A stretch of DNA of 64,000 nucleotides from Phyllosticta citribraziliensis (taxonomy: Eukaryota), in the NCBI RefSeq assembly GCF_038025025.1, contig NW_027117342.1, forward strand, positions 1,054,001 through 1,118,000, in the 5' to 3' direction. The first letter of the stretch is position 1, and the number at the start of each line of letters is the position of its first letter. The position numbers and the translations under genes were made by a program. Shown here one piece after another: positions 10,810-24,260 of the stretch. Below the pieces are notes generated by a model, which saw nothing but the letters and a program-made list of their open reading frames with translations, was not told where the DNA came from and did not search any database.

Positions 10810-13800
10810 GTTGACTGATGCAAAGGGGCGGGCGACGGTTCAGGCGGCAGGCGAGTTGAAGGAGAGGAGTGGCCTGGCGGTCAAGCTGACGAAGGAGTGA
10901 CAGGTCGGTATTAGATATTAGAGAGCGAGAGGCAGCGGACGAGGGATTTTCTGGGGACTCGGGGATGTTTCAGCAGAGGGTTGGAAGGCGGAGGTGATTG
11001 GTATGAGGATGTGCACGAGCTGGGCAGGTATCGGAAATGTGGGTCGTATGAAGTGTCGCGGCGAGGTCGGGGTGGTGGAAGAGAGCGAGCAGTGGAGAGA
11101 GGTGGAGAGGTGGAGAGGCAGAGGGAGAGGGGGTGTTTTGGGGTTGGGAGGTGTGAGAAGTCATAGCTACAGTACAGACAGAGCGTACAGCACTGCAAGC
11201 AGGCCCCGGGAGCATTCCTCCCGCCCACTTGGACCTGGCCCCGGCCCCGCTGGGCGCTGGGCGCTGGGCTGCCAGGGCGACATGGAACACGCCTGCGCCA
11301 CCCGTCCACAGCCTGGCCCGACGACACGACCCGCCTGGAGAACCACCATCTCTACTCTCTCATCTCTTCGTTCCCTCTTCGTTCCCTCTTCGTATCCCAT
11401 CATCCAGAACACTCCCTCATGCCGATCGACACCGTACAGGACATCAAACACTCGCCTCGACGGCCGCTTCTGGCCAGCTTGGCGCCACCACTAACTTGGC
11501 GCTTTTCGTGTATCAGGAGTCGTGATGGTTTCCCTGCACCTCGCCGGCGCGTAAACAGGGTTCTCAATGGCTCGACTTAGTCTCACACTGCTACCGACCG
11601 TGTTTGGACCCTTATCTTCCTCATCAACCCTCTCTGAGAGCCTCTGCCACCGACTCCAAGTGCTTCAGCTTAGCCAGCCCTGCCATTTTATCACCAACTG
11701 TTTCTGACTCGGCACACAATGACTTGCAGCCAGCAGCCCTGCATATCCGTGGTCCCTGACGCCCCCTTGTTTTCCCCTTTTGCCTGCAGCTCCCACGAGC
11801 CGCATCATCGCTGACGACGCAATCGCTGCAACCGACCGTGGTCCGAGTGTTCAATGCCGCCTTTCCTTGCGTCGTCCGGCCATATCTCGCCCCCCAGCCT
11901 GCGTTGCGCAATCACTGCCTCCTGTGCGCGTTCAAAATTTAGAGTTGAGCCCTGTCGATCGGGATTTTCAGGAGCTCTGTGGAGTTGATAGACGACCTCA
12001 TCTTTACACGACGCACGAGCGGCACAAACACCATCGGCACATGTTCAAAATCAATAACCCTGCCATCTTGGCCTTCCCAATTGAGGAGCTTTCTTCAGGC
12101 ATGTCGGCACTTGATTGCATTGCTAAGCCTTCCTGTTCCCGCTCTGATGCCGCGGGACACCATCCCTGGGGGCCGATCCGACTTCGATTCCAAGGGTGAC
12201 CTCTCGACATGCCACGACACGAACGCACCGACCGAGGCCATCAGCCTCCTAAAAAAGATCACATCTCCATCACCACCATGCCCATCGCAAGCTGCCAAGC
12301 GCCCGGCTAGCACCAACGACGACCTTTGGCAGCGATAGACCTGGTGACACGTCGAGCCCGATCCACAGCTGCGCTTCATCACTTTGGAGGAGTGACTCAG
12401 ACTGCCGTGTTGGTTTTGCAAACATGTAGACGTGTTTCGACTAGCCGTGTCTCGATAGACTGGATGCGCAAGCCTTTTCTTTTTAATACTCCTTTGCTAC
12501 CCCTGATAACTGGCGAAAGCGACAACAGGTCATCACCAGCAGGACTGGGACCAAGTCCGCAAATCATCACTATGCTGATGCGCAAACCGTCTCTTCATAC
12601 GCACAGCAGCGGTAGCGCTCTTCTTCGCCCAGACAAAATCATCAAACGTGGAGGAAAACACAAGATCTTGGTGGAGTCCGTCATGTCATCTTCAGAAACA
12701 TAATCTCTCCCAAGCCACCATCTTGCTTGGCAGACGGCAGGAGTGCGCATCACCCGCTCTAACCGCAGGTTTGATGCTGGGTGTGGATGGTGCTTCTATT
12801 TCAGTTCCCTCCTCCCAACACATCATCATTTCCAGCAGACTGGCGAGGGGTAGTCACGTAGTCACCCCCTTAAACTACCGTCGGCATGAACTACAACGCA
12901 TTGCAAAGCAGGGCGACTCTACGTGCCCTGCCAGGTCGCACACCACAGGGCTTTACAAAGGACTATTCGAAATTTGGACAGTGCCCTACGATTTCCCTTG
13001 TGCGCACCAAGTCTTTGGTCTGTTTTCAGCTAGTTGCTAGCAGGGTTTTTTGCAACTTTCGCCTCACAGATTGCAACTTATCGTCAGATTCAACTCGGAG
13101 GCAGACACCCAGCTCAGTGCCTGGAGAGTCAAAGAGACAGATCAGAAGTCATTTGTGTCTTTCCATTGGGCTGCCTGGATTTTGACGCGTCCTCTGAACC
13201 GGTGACTCTCAAAGCTCACAATTTTCCGTCCCTTGTGTGAGCAGACTGCGTGGTACTAAGCGTATGCTCTGGCAACACAGCTGCGGCGAGCGAACGGGGC
13301 AAGTTGTCGATGAATTGCGGAGCTGTCAAACGTCTCACAGCATTGCCTTGAGGCCGGCTGCGCGCGTGGCGGCTCAAGTTCTATTCAATGGCTCGACCTC
13401 ACCTATGCTACCGACGGTGCACGTGGCTCAGCCATGTGATGAGGACAGAGGGGCAAAGCGACGTCACAGCTAGATGCTCAGTTTTGCAAAACGTCGAATG
13501 ACGCATCATGGTGGTGTTGTGGTCTGGGCAGTTTTCCTGGGGCAAACCACGACGAATCGGGAGCTTAAGCCGGGCCTGAGGGGAAGATCAGCAGCTGAGA
13601 ACGGTGATGTGCCAGTACTGTGGAATCTCTCTCTAGCTCGAGCTCTGAAAGGATGTCCCCAACTTTTGAGTGAAGCGATGGGTGTAGATTCGATGACTAG
13701 ATCTGGCGATCGCATCCTACTTCGCTTCTCCACTGCCAACCTCACGTCAGGCGCCTGCTCTGCACAACCCTCCGCTCAGTCAACAAGCAGCAGCAAGAAG

Positions 13801-14729
13801 CCAGCACCGCCCACAAGCGTACAAAGGTGAAGCTGATTCGGTTTCTTACTCACTCTCCAACACTGTGTCGGCCGACAAAGGACGCTCAGCTCATTCGGGC
13901 AGTGCGACTGCGGCGCTGGCCTGGCGTGGATGATGGGCTTGTCGGAACCTGACAGGAGTCGCTCGCCGAGGAACAAAGAAGTTGTCAGACCCCATATCAA
14001 TATCGTGAGCAGCGTATAGAGCCCAGCCCAATCATGGCCTCTTGTACACGCCGCCGCGCAAAGTCGACACGTCCGTTTGGCCGGCCTCGCGTACGCAAAG
14101 CTTGTTTTTGAGGCTCGGCGATGGTCTGGCTAGGAACGATGCGCGTCTGCTGACTGGAAAAGAGGCCATGTACGGACAATACCCGACCTTGGAGTAAGAA
14201 TTGTGGAGAGGTGGGAAAATGCGGAGATGCGAACGCTGAAGGATTCGGTCTTGGGCGCGAGAACGCCACCTCACGACCACCACCGGCACACCTCGCTCAC
14301 GGCCACCAGCAACGGCAATGGGGCCCTTTTCGTCGGTCATCCCACCGCCCTCCTCTCCCACCTCTGCCACCACTTAATAAACATGGCTAAATCCAAGTCT
14401 CACGCTGACCAGACGAAATCAGAATTTTCTGTTTCAAATTTTTCTTTCTCTTTGCCTACCGTACACACGGCCTTTTAGTCCCTGCTTGTCATGTCTAGCC
14501 TGCCCTGCATTGTTTGTTCCTGCTTGGTTCTACTTTACCATCGCCATTGCCATTGTTGCCCATTGGCCCCGGGAAGCCTAGCTCCAGCTGTCTCTTGAAA
14601 TTCCTCAACAACCTTGGAATCATTGCACCTCTACCGCTGACTATGGGTGCACTGCGCGGCGCGTGGCCACCCTAGCCCTCCTCTATTCCATTCCTCTTGG
14701 TCGCACCAAGAACTATTTTTCCGCTAGAT

Positions 14730-16203
14730 ATGGCACCTGTTGAAACGCATTTCGACCGACGCGCCGTGGAGCCAACCGGCAAGCCAAAACATCCCGACGG
14801 ATTGATCCTCGAAGCATGGGCGCAAGGCTTCATGGTCGGCGCGCTTATTGTCATGAGCTGCATAACAGTGGCCAACATGCGCAAAGGAGTCATTCTGCAC
14901 AAGCTTATATTGACAGAGGTAAAACCTCCAGCCACAGAAGGAACCCTCTATTCGAACGACGGACCCCAAGACTAATGGCTGAATTCTTTCACGCAGCTCG
15001 TCCTAGGGACCCTCCACGGCACCTTCATCTTCCCGCATCCACCAGTGTACGGCTGGTACCTGTCATGCACGGCAGTTGCCCTCAATACTTCGTGGAGCCT
15101 GCATAATGTGATTGCGTGGATCAAGAACAAGCCGTTCCTCAGCAGGCGGGTCAGCCAGTTTTACATCACCACCGTCGCGCTGGCGCAGGTTTACTGGATC
15201 CTAGAAATCTACGCCAATTTCGCCTACTTCAACAACTACAACAAAATCTTCCTCAGGACGCGCCCACTGGAGGCGTTATTCCGGTTAGTAACGTTTGGTA
15301 GTTATAGATAACTGGAGTGTGGAAATTGACTTACATATCCATGCCAGAGATCCGTGGTGGATTTGGACCTGCTCAAGCCTCCTCTACAACATCCACACGC
15401 AATACAGCCTTTCCCTCTGCACCATCATCCGCGCCTCGCCCCGCTTCGGACTACTCCTGGGCTCCATGCTCCTCAGCGTGCTCTTCCTACTCATCGACAT
15501 CGCCGCCGTCCTGGGCGCCTTCAACTCGACCGTGCTCCCCGACGGCCTGAATCCTTGGTGGAAGCTCAGTTTCTGCTTCAAGTGCCTGACCGACACGCTC
15601 GTCCTCGATGACTTCAAGACGGCCCTCGACCGCCTCTGGCGCACCCGCACCCGCCAGCTCTCCCGCAGCACCATCCTCAGTACCGGCACTAATGCGTCCG
15701 CATCGTATGCGCGTGGTGATGACGAGGATCCCGTCGGGCGTACGGATCCTGTTGCGCGTACTACCAGGCTCCCGTCGCATCCTGGCGAACGCATCACCTG
15801 GAGCGGTCGCTGGGCGGGCGATGGCGCTCTCGAGAATGGCGGCGTTGCAGAGCAAGAGCAGCAGCAGCAACAGCCAAACCAACCTGCACCTGCCCGGCGA
15901 CACGGCGACGTGCGCCGCAAGTCCTCGTCCTCGGGTGCCATGACGGCCGGGTCTCCGCGCGGTGGCAGCAGCGGTGGCGACGGCGTAGCTGGCATCTGGA
16001 TCGATGTCGACGATGATGACGACGCCGCCGTAGCAGAGGGAACCAGGCGACATGGCTCGTCAGACGCGACGGCTGCGGTGTCAGGCAAGTCTGTTTCGCG
16101 CGAGTCGTCGGCGGCGGAGTCGCGCGATTGGGATTTGGAAGCTCGTCGAGCGCGAACGAGGACGAGCTCGAGGAGTTGTGGGTCTGATGGGGCATTGCTG
16201 TAG
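14730..16203 (+). CDS. Conserved fungal integral membrane protein, ~7 predicted TM helices plus disordered C-terminal tail
   Basis: Exons 14730-14918, 14997-15283, 15348-16203 join in frame (LILTE|LVLG; LFR|DPWW). Motifs LEAWAQGFMVG, SWSLHNVIAWIKNKPFL, RPLEALFRDPWW, GLNPWWKLSFCFKCLTDTLVLDDFKTALDRL. Confidence 0.82.
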
Positions 16204-18894
16204 TGTTGAGGGCCATGGCCACAGCTACAAGCTAAGCTGCATTTGAGATCTTTGGTTCTCGTTGGATAACGGCTGGCGTGGGCGATGTCTTTTGCTCCTG
16301 GGCGCGGCGCTCTTCGATTGTGATTCCCCCCTGACTGGACTGCTGGATGGGCGCGTTGGCGTTGGAACTGGTCTTGTTTCGCACGGTTGTTGTGGATAGC
16401 GTGGCATGGCTTGGGCAGCTCATCAATTTTTCTCTCCCTACTTTCGATTTGTTACCTCAATGTCGACGTGAAAGTGGCGCCGTCGGTGGCTCTGTCGTTG
16501 CTGAGGCTGCCGACTGAGGAGAAGACCTCGGTTTCTAGCGTTGTGCGGGCTCAGTAGGAGAGCCGAGGAGGGAGGCGGTGTCATGCTTTGTGAGACTGAG
16601 GTTGAATTGGCTTAAGAAAAGTCGGGAGGGGTGCGTGGAAGATGTCCTGGCCATTTTTTTTTTTTTTTTTTTGGCTTGCTCCTTCTGGTTGGTAATAGGA
16701 ATCGGAACACCATCATACCCAGTCGTCCCCAATTGCTTTGAGATGCCAGACGTGGGACAGGTCAACCGACAGGTCTCTGGCCCCACCGCAAAACCACCAC
16801 CGGTCTCATCTGCAGAGCCGCTGTCACCCTGCCTGGCGTGTCCTGGCTGTTGTGCCTTGAGAAATACTCGCCATATTGGAGCAAGTGGATGGCCAACATG
16901 TTCCAGTGGATTGGGGATCTCTCTGTGCATAGCATGGCACGGGAAACATTGGCGCAACCCGGTCCGGCGAGAAGCTTGAAGCGTGCGGCCATCCCATGCG
17001 TCTCTCTGTCTGGTCAAGGATCCTAGGGGACACAGGGTTGTGAAGACAAGTAAAGATTTTGGTCTACGTTCGATGCAGAGATGCTCGGTTGTGGATGCTT
17101 TGACGAGGGCGCGCGCGGAAGGAGCCGTTGAAAAGCAGACGTGAAGGACAATGCAGACTAGTAAGTTGATAACAGGGCAGAAGACGTGTTGAAGAGAATA
17201 GTGTTCATGAATGAGCAATCTTGCAATACATGAGACTGTACATGTACAGTACACATGTGTCTAGTAGGAAAACTTTGTACTGCCGTTTGACTTGAGAATT
17301 GAGCGTCAAGAAGGACGGGACGGGACGGGACTCGAGGACAGGTTTGAAAGGCTCATGAGGAGAATGGTAGAGGCGGAAAGCCGACGTATACGGGAATGTA
17401 GCTTCTTTGCTTCTTCTTGTTCCTCTTCCGGACCTACCTGCGGCACCTGACATCTTGATGTGTTTCTTCCAGCTCAATTTGAAGTTTTTCTGCCCTGCTC
17501 TGCCATGTCGATATCTTTTCTTCCCATGATGCAGTTGAGAAGGAATCCACAGTCGACCAAAGCACGAACATGCCTCCGATGCGCCTGCAGAGGCGGCTCC
17601 TGAGCCCAACATTCTGCTTTCATTTGGCTGCCAATTTTCGGCCCTTTTACGCATCGACGTGTAAGAGATGCTGCGCGCTGCCCCGCACCGCAAACCCACA
17701 ACCATACCCACAGCGCCAACGCGCAGCGACCTGAGCAGTGAGCGTCCGGGGTGCGGCAGGCAATTGGGGCCCCACCGCTAGCGTCATGCGTGGAGACAGG
17801 TTTGGGGGAAGATGGCTGGAGGTGCGGGGACAGAGCAGTGGCTCCGGACGCGCGGGGATGACTGAGCTCCAACCAGTCAATCTCTTGCTCCCATCAGCGC
17901 GCAGGGCGCTCCTGTGGAATGGCTCTGCCGCCAATGTGTCTTTGTCGCCAGGTTGTAAATGTGGGCGTCGTTGGGATGGCGTGAGAACCAGACTTGGTCT
18001 TCGCTTGGCTTGCAAGATTGGCTCTTGGTTTGAGAAGCGAATTGAGGAGAAAGGGGCGCAACTGGTAGCATTTCGCTGCCTCGGAAGCGTAGTTGCCGCG
18101 CGCAAACGTCGTACCACCGCGTCGAAGCGGAGCCGTATCTGTAGCATTGCCACATTGAAGGCCTCGTCGGCCTATCGTCGCCCCCTGAGCAATGTTTGGG
18201 AAGCACCAACAATTCCATCTGCCCGAGTACCGCTTCGGTGTGCGTACGTGGGGAAAGCTGAGCGCATGGTGGGGTTCGACGGGGGCAGGGATGAAGGCTG
18301 TCTGTCACAAATGGCCCCAGGTTGATCGGCCATTGCGAGTCGTGGCTCGGTTCAAGGGAACTTGAGCTGATGGACCAAGGGAACAAAGTAATGCCCGGTA
18401 TCACAAGCTCAATGCGGTCTCGATAATCATGATGGAGCTGTGAGATGAGCCGTGGAGCCTGCGAGTGCGTTTTCTAGTCAGTTGGAAGGCCAAGTCAGGT
18501 CGCGAGAGCGGTGACAGCGACTGGCGGTGCAGGTAGTACATTCAACGACCCAAGATTGATCCCCAGGCCCTGATCAACGGCTCAACATGGAGTTGGCTGC
18601 GTCGTTTCGACTGGGAAAGAACTAGGTCATCCTAGACGTTGTCAATTCTTGCCAGCGGCTCAGAAGTTAGTCTCGAAAAGTGTCCCATGAGAAGGACGGC
18701 ACCGGATCCGAGAAGAAAAAAAGAGGAGAAAAAAATTGTGCAAGGAATTTTTCAATGCGTCTAGATGCAGCGTGACAGGAAACGGTCTGAATTCCTTAGC
18801 CATGTTATCCCACCTCGGCGCCTCTCACCCAGCTTGTCGAATGCGACGGCCGGGCGTTTGTTTGTTCCATACGCAGATTCTTCCGCAGAGCCTC

Positions 18895-19016
18895 CCGGAG
18901 CTGGGGAAGGCGCTGGGGAAACGGGAGAGCGTCTCGGCGCAGCGGGGCCTGAGCGTCGGCGGTGGGCCTGCCCTGGCTCCTGGCTGGGGGCCATGGGATG
19001 ACGGGAGGTGGTGGGG
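18895..19016 (+). promoter_or_regulatory. Cluster of six SYGGRG (CreA/Mig1-type) motifs upstream of ADH
   Basis: CCGGAG 18895, CTGGGG 18901, 18913 and 18984, GCGGGG 18942, GTGGGG 19011; one more GCGGGG at 19489. Confidence 0.4.
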
Positions 19017-19528
19017 TGGCGGTCGGCGCGTCGCGTTGCGCTGCGTTCGACAAGGGCTGGATGGAAAGGAAGAGACCGGAAGGACGTGCCAGGGCGCGTC
19101 GAGGGCGAGAACGGGGCGTTATTATGGGCGGATGCCGTGACGGCGCGGTGCGTGAATTTTGCCCGTCGCCATCATGCCGATGTGGTGCTACGCGGTTCCT
19201 GGCCGACATGACATCAGGAGAGGTGTTTCTCAACCACGACAACCACCATGTCCCTTAGCCGATGTTCGCTGACGCCTGGGCCGAAGCCCGGCGCGCCGTC
19301 ACACGCAGTCATTCGACGCATCCACTGCAGCGGCCACCTAACACCACGACTCTCGCAACAGGCCAATGGCGCTCGCCAACGGTATCCGCATCTCCCATCA
19401 TGTCTGGCGACGTTCCGGAAGGCCGGCGCATCCTGAATTGGATCAAGGGAACTCCCAATCCATGTCCCTGCCCGCCGAACCTTGCAAGGCGGGGTTACTG
19501 TCGTCTGTTTGGTGTCGTTTGCTGAAGC

Positions 19529-19535
19529 TATAAAG
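19529..19535 (+). promoter_or_regulatory. Probable TATA box of ADH gene
   Basis: TATAAAG about 100 nt upstream of the ATG, followed by a CT-rich leader and CACC-ATG context. Confidence 0.55.
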
Positions 19536-19632
19536 CTGCTGGCGACGTCCTCAACCCATCCCTCACTCACCAATCCTCCTTCAATCCACTCCTCCACCTT
19601 CCAATCGAACTCTCTCTACCACATCATACACC

Positions 19633-20805
19633 ATGGCTGCTCCACAGATCCCCAAGACTCAAATGGCCCAGGTCTTTGAGAAGAACAGCGGCCCCATCGT
19701 CTTCAAGGAGATTCCTGTCCCTGAGCCCGGCCCCGACGAGGTCCTCATCAACATCAAGTACTCCGGTGTCTGCCACACTGACCTCCACGCCTGGCACGGA
19801 GACTGGCCGCTGCCCACCAAGCTCCCGCTGGTCGGTGGCCACGAGGGTGCTGGTGAGGTTGTCAAGCTCGGTTCGCTCGTCAACAATGTCCAGGTCGGCG
19901 ACCTGGCCGGTGTCAAGGTACATTTCCCCATACTACAACCCTAGCTCGAAGAGGAGACTAACGATTCTACCAGTGGTTGAACGGCTCTTGCAGCTCCTGC
20001 GACTACTGCATGTCGGCCGATGAGCCCCTCTGCCCCGAGCCCATCCTCTCTGGTTACACTGTCGACGGCTCCTTCCAGCAGTACTGCGTGGCCAAGGCTG
20101 CCCACGTTGCAAAGATCCCCAAGGGCACCGACCTGGCCGCCATTGCTCCCGTCCTCTGCGCTGGTATCACCGTCTACAAGGGCCTGAAGGAGTCCGAGGT
20201 GCGCCCCGGCCAAACCATTGCAATTGTCGGCGCTGGTGGTGGTCTCGGCTCCCTCGCTCTTCAGTACGCCAAAGCCATGGGCATCCACGTCATTGCCATC
20301 GACACTGGTGACGACAAGAAGGAAATGTGCGAGTCGATGGGCGTCAAGACCTTCATCGACTTTGCCAAGAGCAAGAACGTCGTCAAGGATGTGCAAGCCG
20401 CCTCCCCGGATGGCATGGGTCCCCATGCCGTCATCCTGCTCGCAGTTAGCGAGAGGCCTTTCCAGCAAGCCGCAGAGGTAAGCCTACTCCAATCCTCAAA
20501 AACCCCAAAAGCAATCGCTAACATTGAATCAGTACGTTCGCCCCAAGGGTACCGTCGTCTGCATCGGTCTGCCCGGCAACGCCTTCCTCAAGGCTCCCGT
20601 CTTCGAGAGTGTTGTCAGGATGATCCGGATCAAGGGTTCCTACGTCGGCAACCGCAAGGATTCCGCCGAGGCCATCGACTTCTTCACGCGCGGCCTCATC
20701 AAGGCACCCTTCAAGATTGTCGGCCTGTCGGAACTTCCCAAGGTCTTCGAGCTCATGGAGAAGGGCGCCATCGCCGGCCGCTACGTCCTCGACAATTCCA
20801 AGTAA
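19633..20805 (+). CDS. ADH1: Zinc-dependent NAD+ alcohol dehydrogenase (ADH1/AlcA-type)
   Basis: Exons 19633-19917, 19974-20477, 20533-20805. [17 protein letters not shown], structural Zn CSSCDYC...[38 protein letters not shown]. Very strong codon bias. Paralog identity is uncertain. Confidence 0.96.
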
Positions 20806-22676
20806 AAAAGGAACCACCAAAAAGTTGAGATGCAATGATTGATGCAAGGCGTTGGAGGTTTTGAAGTTATGAGATATCTGAAAGGAGCATGTGGTTGACT
20901 GGTCACGGGTGACGATGTGGAACTTAGTACCGCAGAAGATTGGGTTCCCTTTCTTAGGTGTTTTTTCTCTTTCCTTTGCGGCTGTAAATATTCCAAATGA
21001 CGATTCCCCCTCCTCTTTCACAACTCGCATCTTTCGCCTCGCTTGGCGCCAACTTTTGCATTGACCGAACTAACCAACGACAAAAATATCGTCTCGCCCG
21101 CGCGCTTGACAGCTCCTCCTGACGCAATACCAGTCGCACCGTCACATGAATTCAATTCAATTCTTTACCATGTGCCCCGCCGCCGCCCCGTCTTGGATTC
21201 GGTATCCTTCCCCTCTCCTTCCTCCCGCGGCTTACTTATTTTCCTAAACGCCAACGCTTGGATTCTTTCCCGCTTGAGAGTCCAAGGTCTCCAAGACCCG
21301 TCCGTCAGCCGTCACGCTTCCTCAGTCGTTTTCGTGTCCGTGTCCGCGTCCGCGTCCGCGTCCGTATCAAGGCGCTGCACGCACGTGTGGCTTAGCGCCA
21401 AGCAGAGGACATACACGTGCAACAGGTGAAGATGGCTCAGGAGACAAGTTGACGAGACTGGGCAAGACCTTGGGAGCGTCCACAAGAAAGCGTGAATTTG
21501 AATTTGTCGCATGTATGAGAGATCACTGTGCTTTCGTTTGCCTTGCCTTGCCGTTCTGTCAGTCAATCTTTCATTGTGGCTCGTTGCTTGCCTGCTCGCC
21601 CTGTCTTAGGCTCTTGTGCGTGATGGAATTGTGAAGAGATGAAGGGAGAGAAAGGAGAGGCTTTGGTATTGGGATAGGAGGAGTCGTGTGATGCGTTGAG
21701 CATGAGCAATGCCGGGGGAGCATTCAGTCTGTTTGCCAGAGAGAGAGTCTGGCGTACGTAGGAATGTAGACGATACAGATATGGCTACAGGTAGACAAAC
21801 AAAGCGAGAACGCACCGAAAGCGAGCCAAGACAGAACGCTAGACGTCAGACTCCAAAGACGAAAAGAGACGCAAGCAGGCGAGGTGGCTATCCAAGCGCC
21901 GGAAAAAAAGGCAATCAAGAGCAAGTGCCGACAGAAGCACAGACAGGCGCACGAGCTAGACAACCAGAGCCGCTTCATCCGAACAAAGGAATGAGACACT
22001 GCTTCGATTAGGAAATGATGTAAGCTATGCTGTCTGGTGGGTGGTGGCTGGGAGAGGGGGCTGTCGATTTTTCCAAGCAAGAAAGTGCTACTCCAACAAG
22101 TGACAGCACGAGGGGGGCCGCTGAGGTGAGCTCCGCCGCCGCCAAGGAGAAAGTAGGTTTAGGGTGACGTTGACAGGTACCAGGCAGGAAAGGGGATAGT
22201 GAGGGGATCCGCAATGGCGCGCAATCATGGTGCGGGAGGAGAGGTAAGATGGACAGCAGGCAAGACGAAGAGATGGTTGGTAAGGTTGGTCCTTTCACGT
22301 GAGGTGGACCGCCCAGGCACCAACAACCGCCAGGGGCTTTTAGAGTTATTCCTTTTTTCTTTTTTTTTCTTTTTTTTTTTTCCTCCTTAGTCCGCGGTCG
22401 CGGAAGGATGGCGGTCTGTTTGTAGGATTTCCTGACACTGGTCCTTGACGGCGGGGCTGTCTCGTAGACGGTTAAGCGTTTTGTAGTGGGCCGCTGTCAG
22501 TTTGCTTCATGCCTTTGATCCAATTAACCCTCCCCAGCCCGCGCGTCCGTCGACGTAGGTATTTCGCCCCCCCTATTATTTTCGGCCTACTCCTTGCCCG
22601 CGTCTTTATGCAGGTTCCCACCAATCGCGGCACCCCTCCCACAGCGTCCCCGTCCAATAAGAATGACGTCCAAGAC

Positions 22677-23186
22677 TCAGGCTGACCTCGCCAATCTGCT
22701 CTGCTCGACGAGCCTCTCTCTCCTCCTGCGCTTGCGCTCAATCGGAATCTTCTGATCCTTGAGCTCCTTGGTGACCAGCTCCCCGACCTCGGCCTCGACC
22801 TCGTCCAGCAGACTGCGCATGGCCTCGTCGCGCGTCTCGGCAGGCTCGCTGCAGCTCAGGATGGTGACGCCGCAGCTGCTGCTCATCGAGTTGTAGTTGG
22901 AGCTCAGGCCGCTGACACCGGGTATCGACGACGAGGAGCCGATGCCGAAGGCGACGAGGTAGGCAAAGTTTTGCTGCAGCACCAGCTCGGAGCCGTCGAG
23001 CTCCTTGGAGGTGATGACGTCGATCAGCTTGTGCTCGCGGCCAAAGAGCACCCTGGCGTTGGCGAGGATTTGCTGGCGCAGCGAGTCGAAGCTGGCGGCG
23101 GGGGAGCTGGAGTAGGTGGTGGTATAGGTAGGGGTGTTGCTATAGGTGGGAGGGCGGGACTCGCAGGCGCCGTCGCTGTTGTCCAT
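22677..23186 (-). CDS. Hypothetical protein (169 aa), N-terminal PPTY motif, basic C-terminus
   Basis: Single-exon ORF with ATG in good context and strongly C/G-ending codons; no recognised domain. Confidence 0.6.
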   Translation of the reverse strand: MDNSDGACESRPPTYSNTPTYTTTYSSSPAASFDSLRQQILANARVLFGREHKLIDVITSKELDGSELVLQQNFAYLVAFGIGSSSSIPGVSGLSSNYNSMSSSCGVTILSCSEPAETRDEAMRSLLDEVEAEVGELVTKELKDQKIPIERKRRRRERLVEQSRLARSA

Positions 23187-24260
23187 GACGTGTATAGGGA
23201 GAGGTTGATGGTGCGGTGGGTGGAGGAGGACCAGGGGTCTGTTTTGCGGGGCAAGGCGACCTGAGCTGGGGGAGATGCAGGTGAGAGCGGGAGGCGGCGC
23301 AGCACCTCAGGGCAGTCGGAATACGGATAAGGTAGCGGTCGAGGTGATTGGCTGGGCGGCGTGGCGTAGCAAACGGTCGACGTCGCGGCACCAGCACCCA
23401 GATGGGAAAAGCGAACAACGGAAGAGCGTCGACGACTTTTGGCGGTTTGCGCAGGGCTGGAGTCGAGTCGCAATAGGAGCGTGGTGTGGCAGGTCGGTGG
23501 TGTGAAAGGGGTGCAGGCTAGCCCGGCTGTCGGGTCTGTCCATCGACTGACGTCCGTCCGCTTTGTTCACCCACTCCCGGTGGGTACAGTAAGCAACCAC
23601 CACCACTGCGGCACTCCATCCCAAGCTACCACCACGACGCGTAACACACGTCTCCCACTCCCACTCTCCCTCTTGGAAACCCCACAGCTCGCAAAACCCT
23701 CAACGACACTAACTGACAGCCGCAGGATTCAGCTGACGATTGCTGCTTGACGCACTCCTGAGACGCTCGCACGCTTCCGCCTCAACACCATGCCATCCTC
23801 TCTCACACTTCCAGCTCCAGCCCCCTCGCCTTCGCCATGGCGCGTCTCGCGTCTCGTCGATGCTGCCTCTCCTCCACCATTGTCTCCGCAGACCTGAAAA
23901 TCGTTTTGCCTGTGCTGGCCAAGATGCTGACCAAGTCTGCCACTGGCCCGGCCGTCTCACACCGCGGCCTTGCTCTCGCTTTTAAAAACCAAATGCCCAT
24001 ATGCCCTGTCCTAGGCTTTGTCTCATAGACGGCCGTGTTTCCTCCAGCATCAACTCCTGTTGGACTCGTCTTTTCTTTTCTTCCGTCGCTTTCAGTTTCG
24101 CTCTCTGCCCGTAACCTTCTCTTCTTTCTGGCACGCCTGTCCCCCGGGCTGCTACCTTATTCCGTCTCTGAGAGACCAACTGTATACTTTGGACTCTTGT
24201 TTCCTCCAAGTCTAATTCTTTCTTTGCCCGCACGTTTGCCGGCCAAGCGTGTCTGTCACC

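Noticed and set aside
16500..18450. Several 130-240 aa ORFs between the 7TM gene and ADH
   Set aside because: No codon bias, consistent splice structure or recognisable domain; treated as intergenic.
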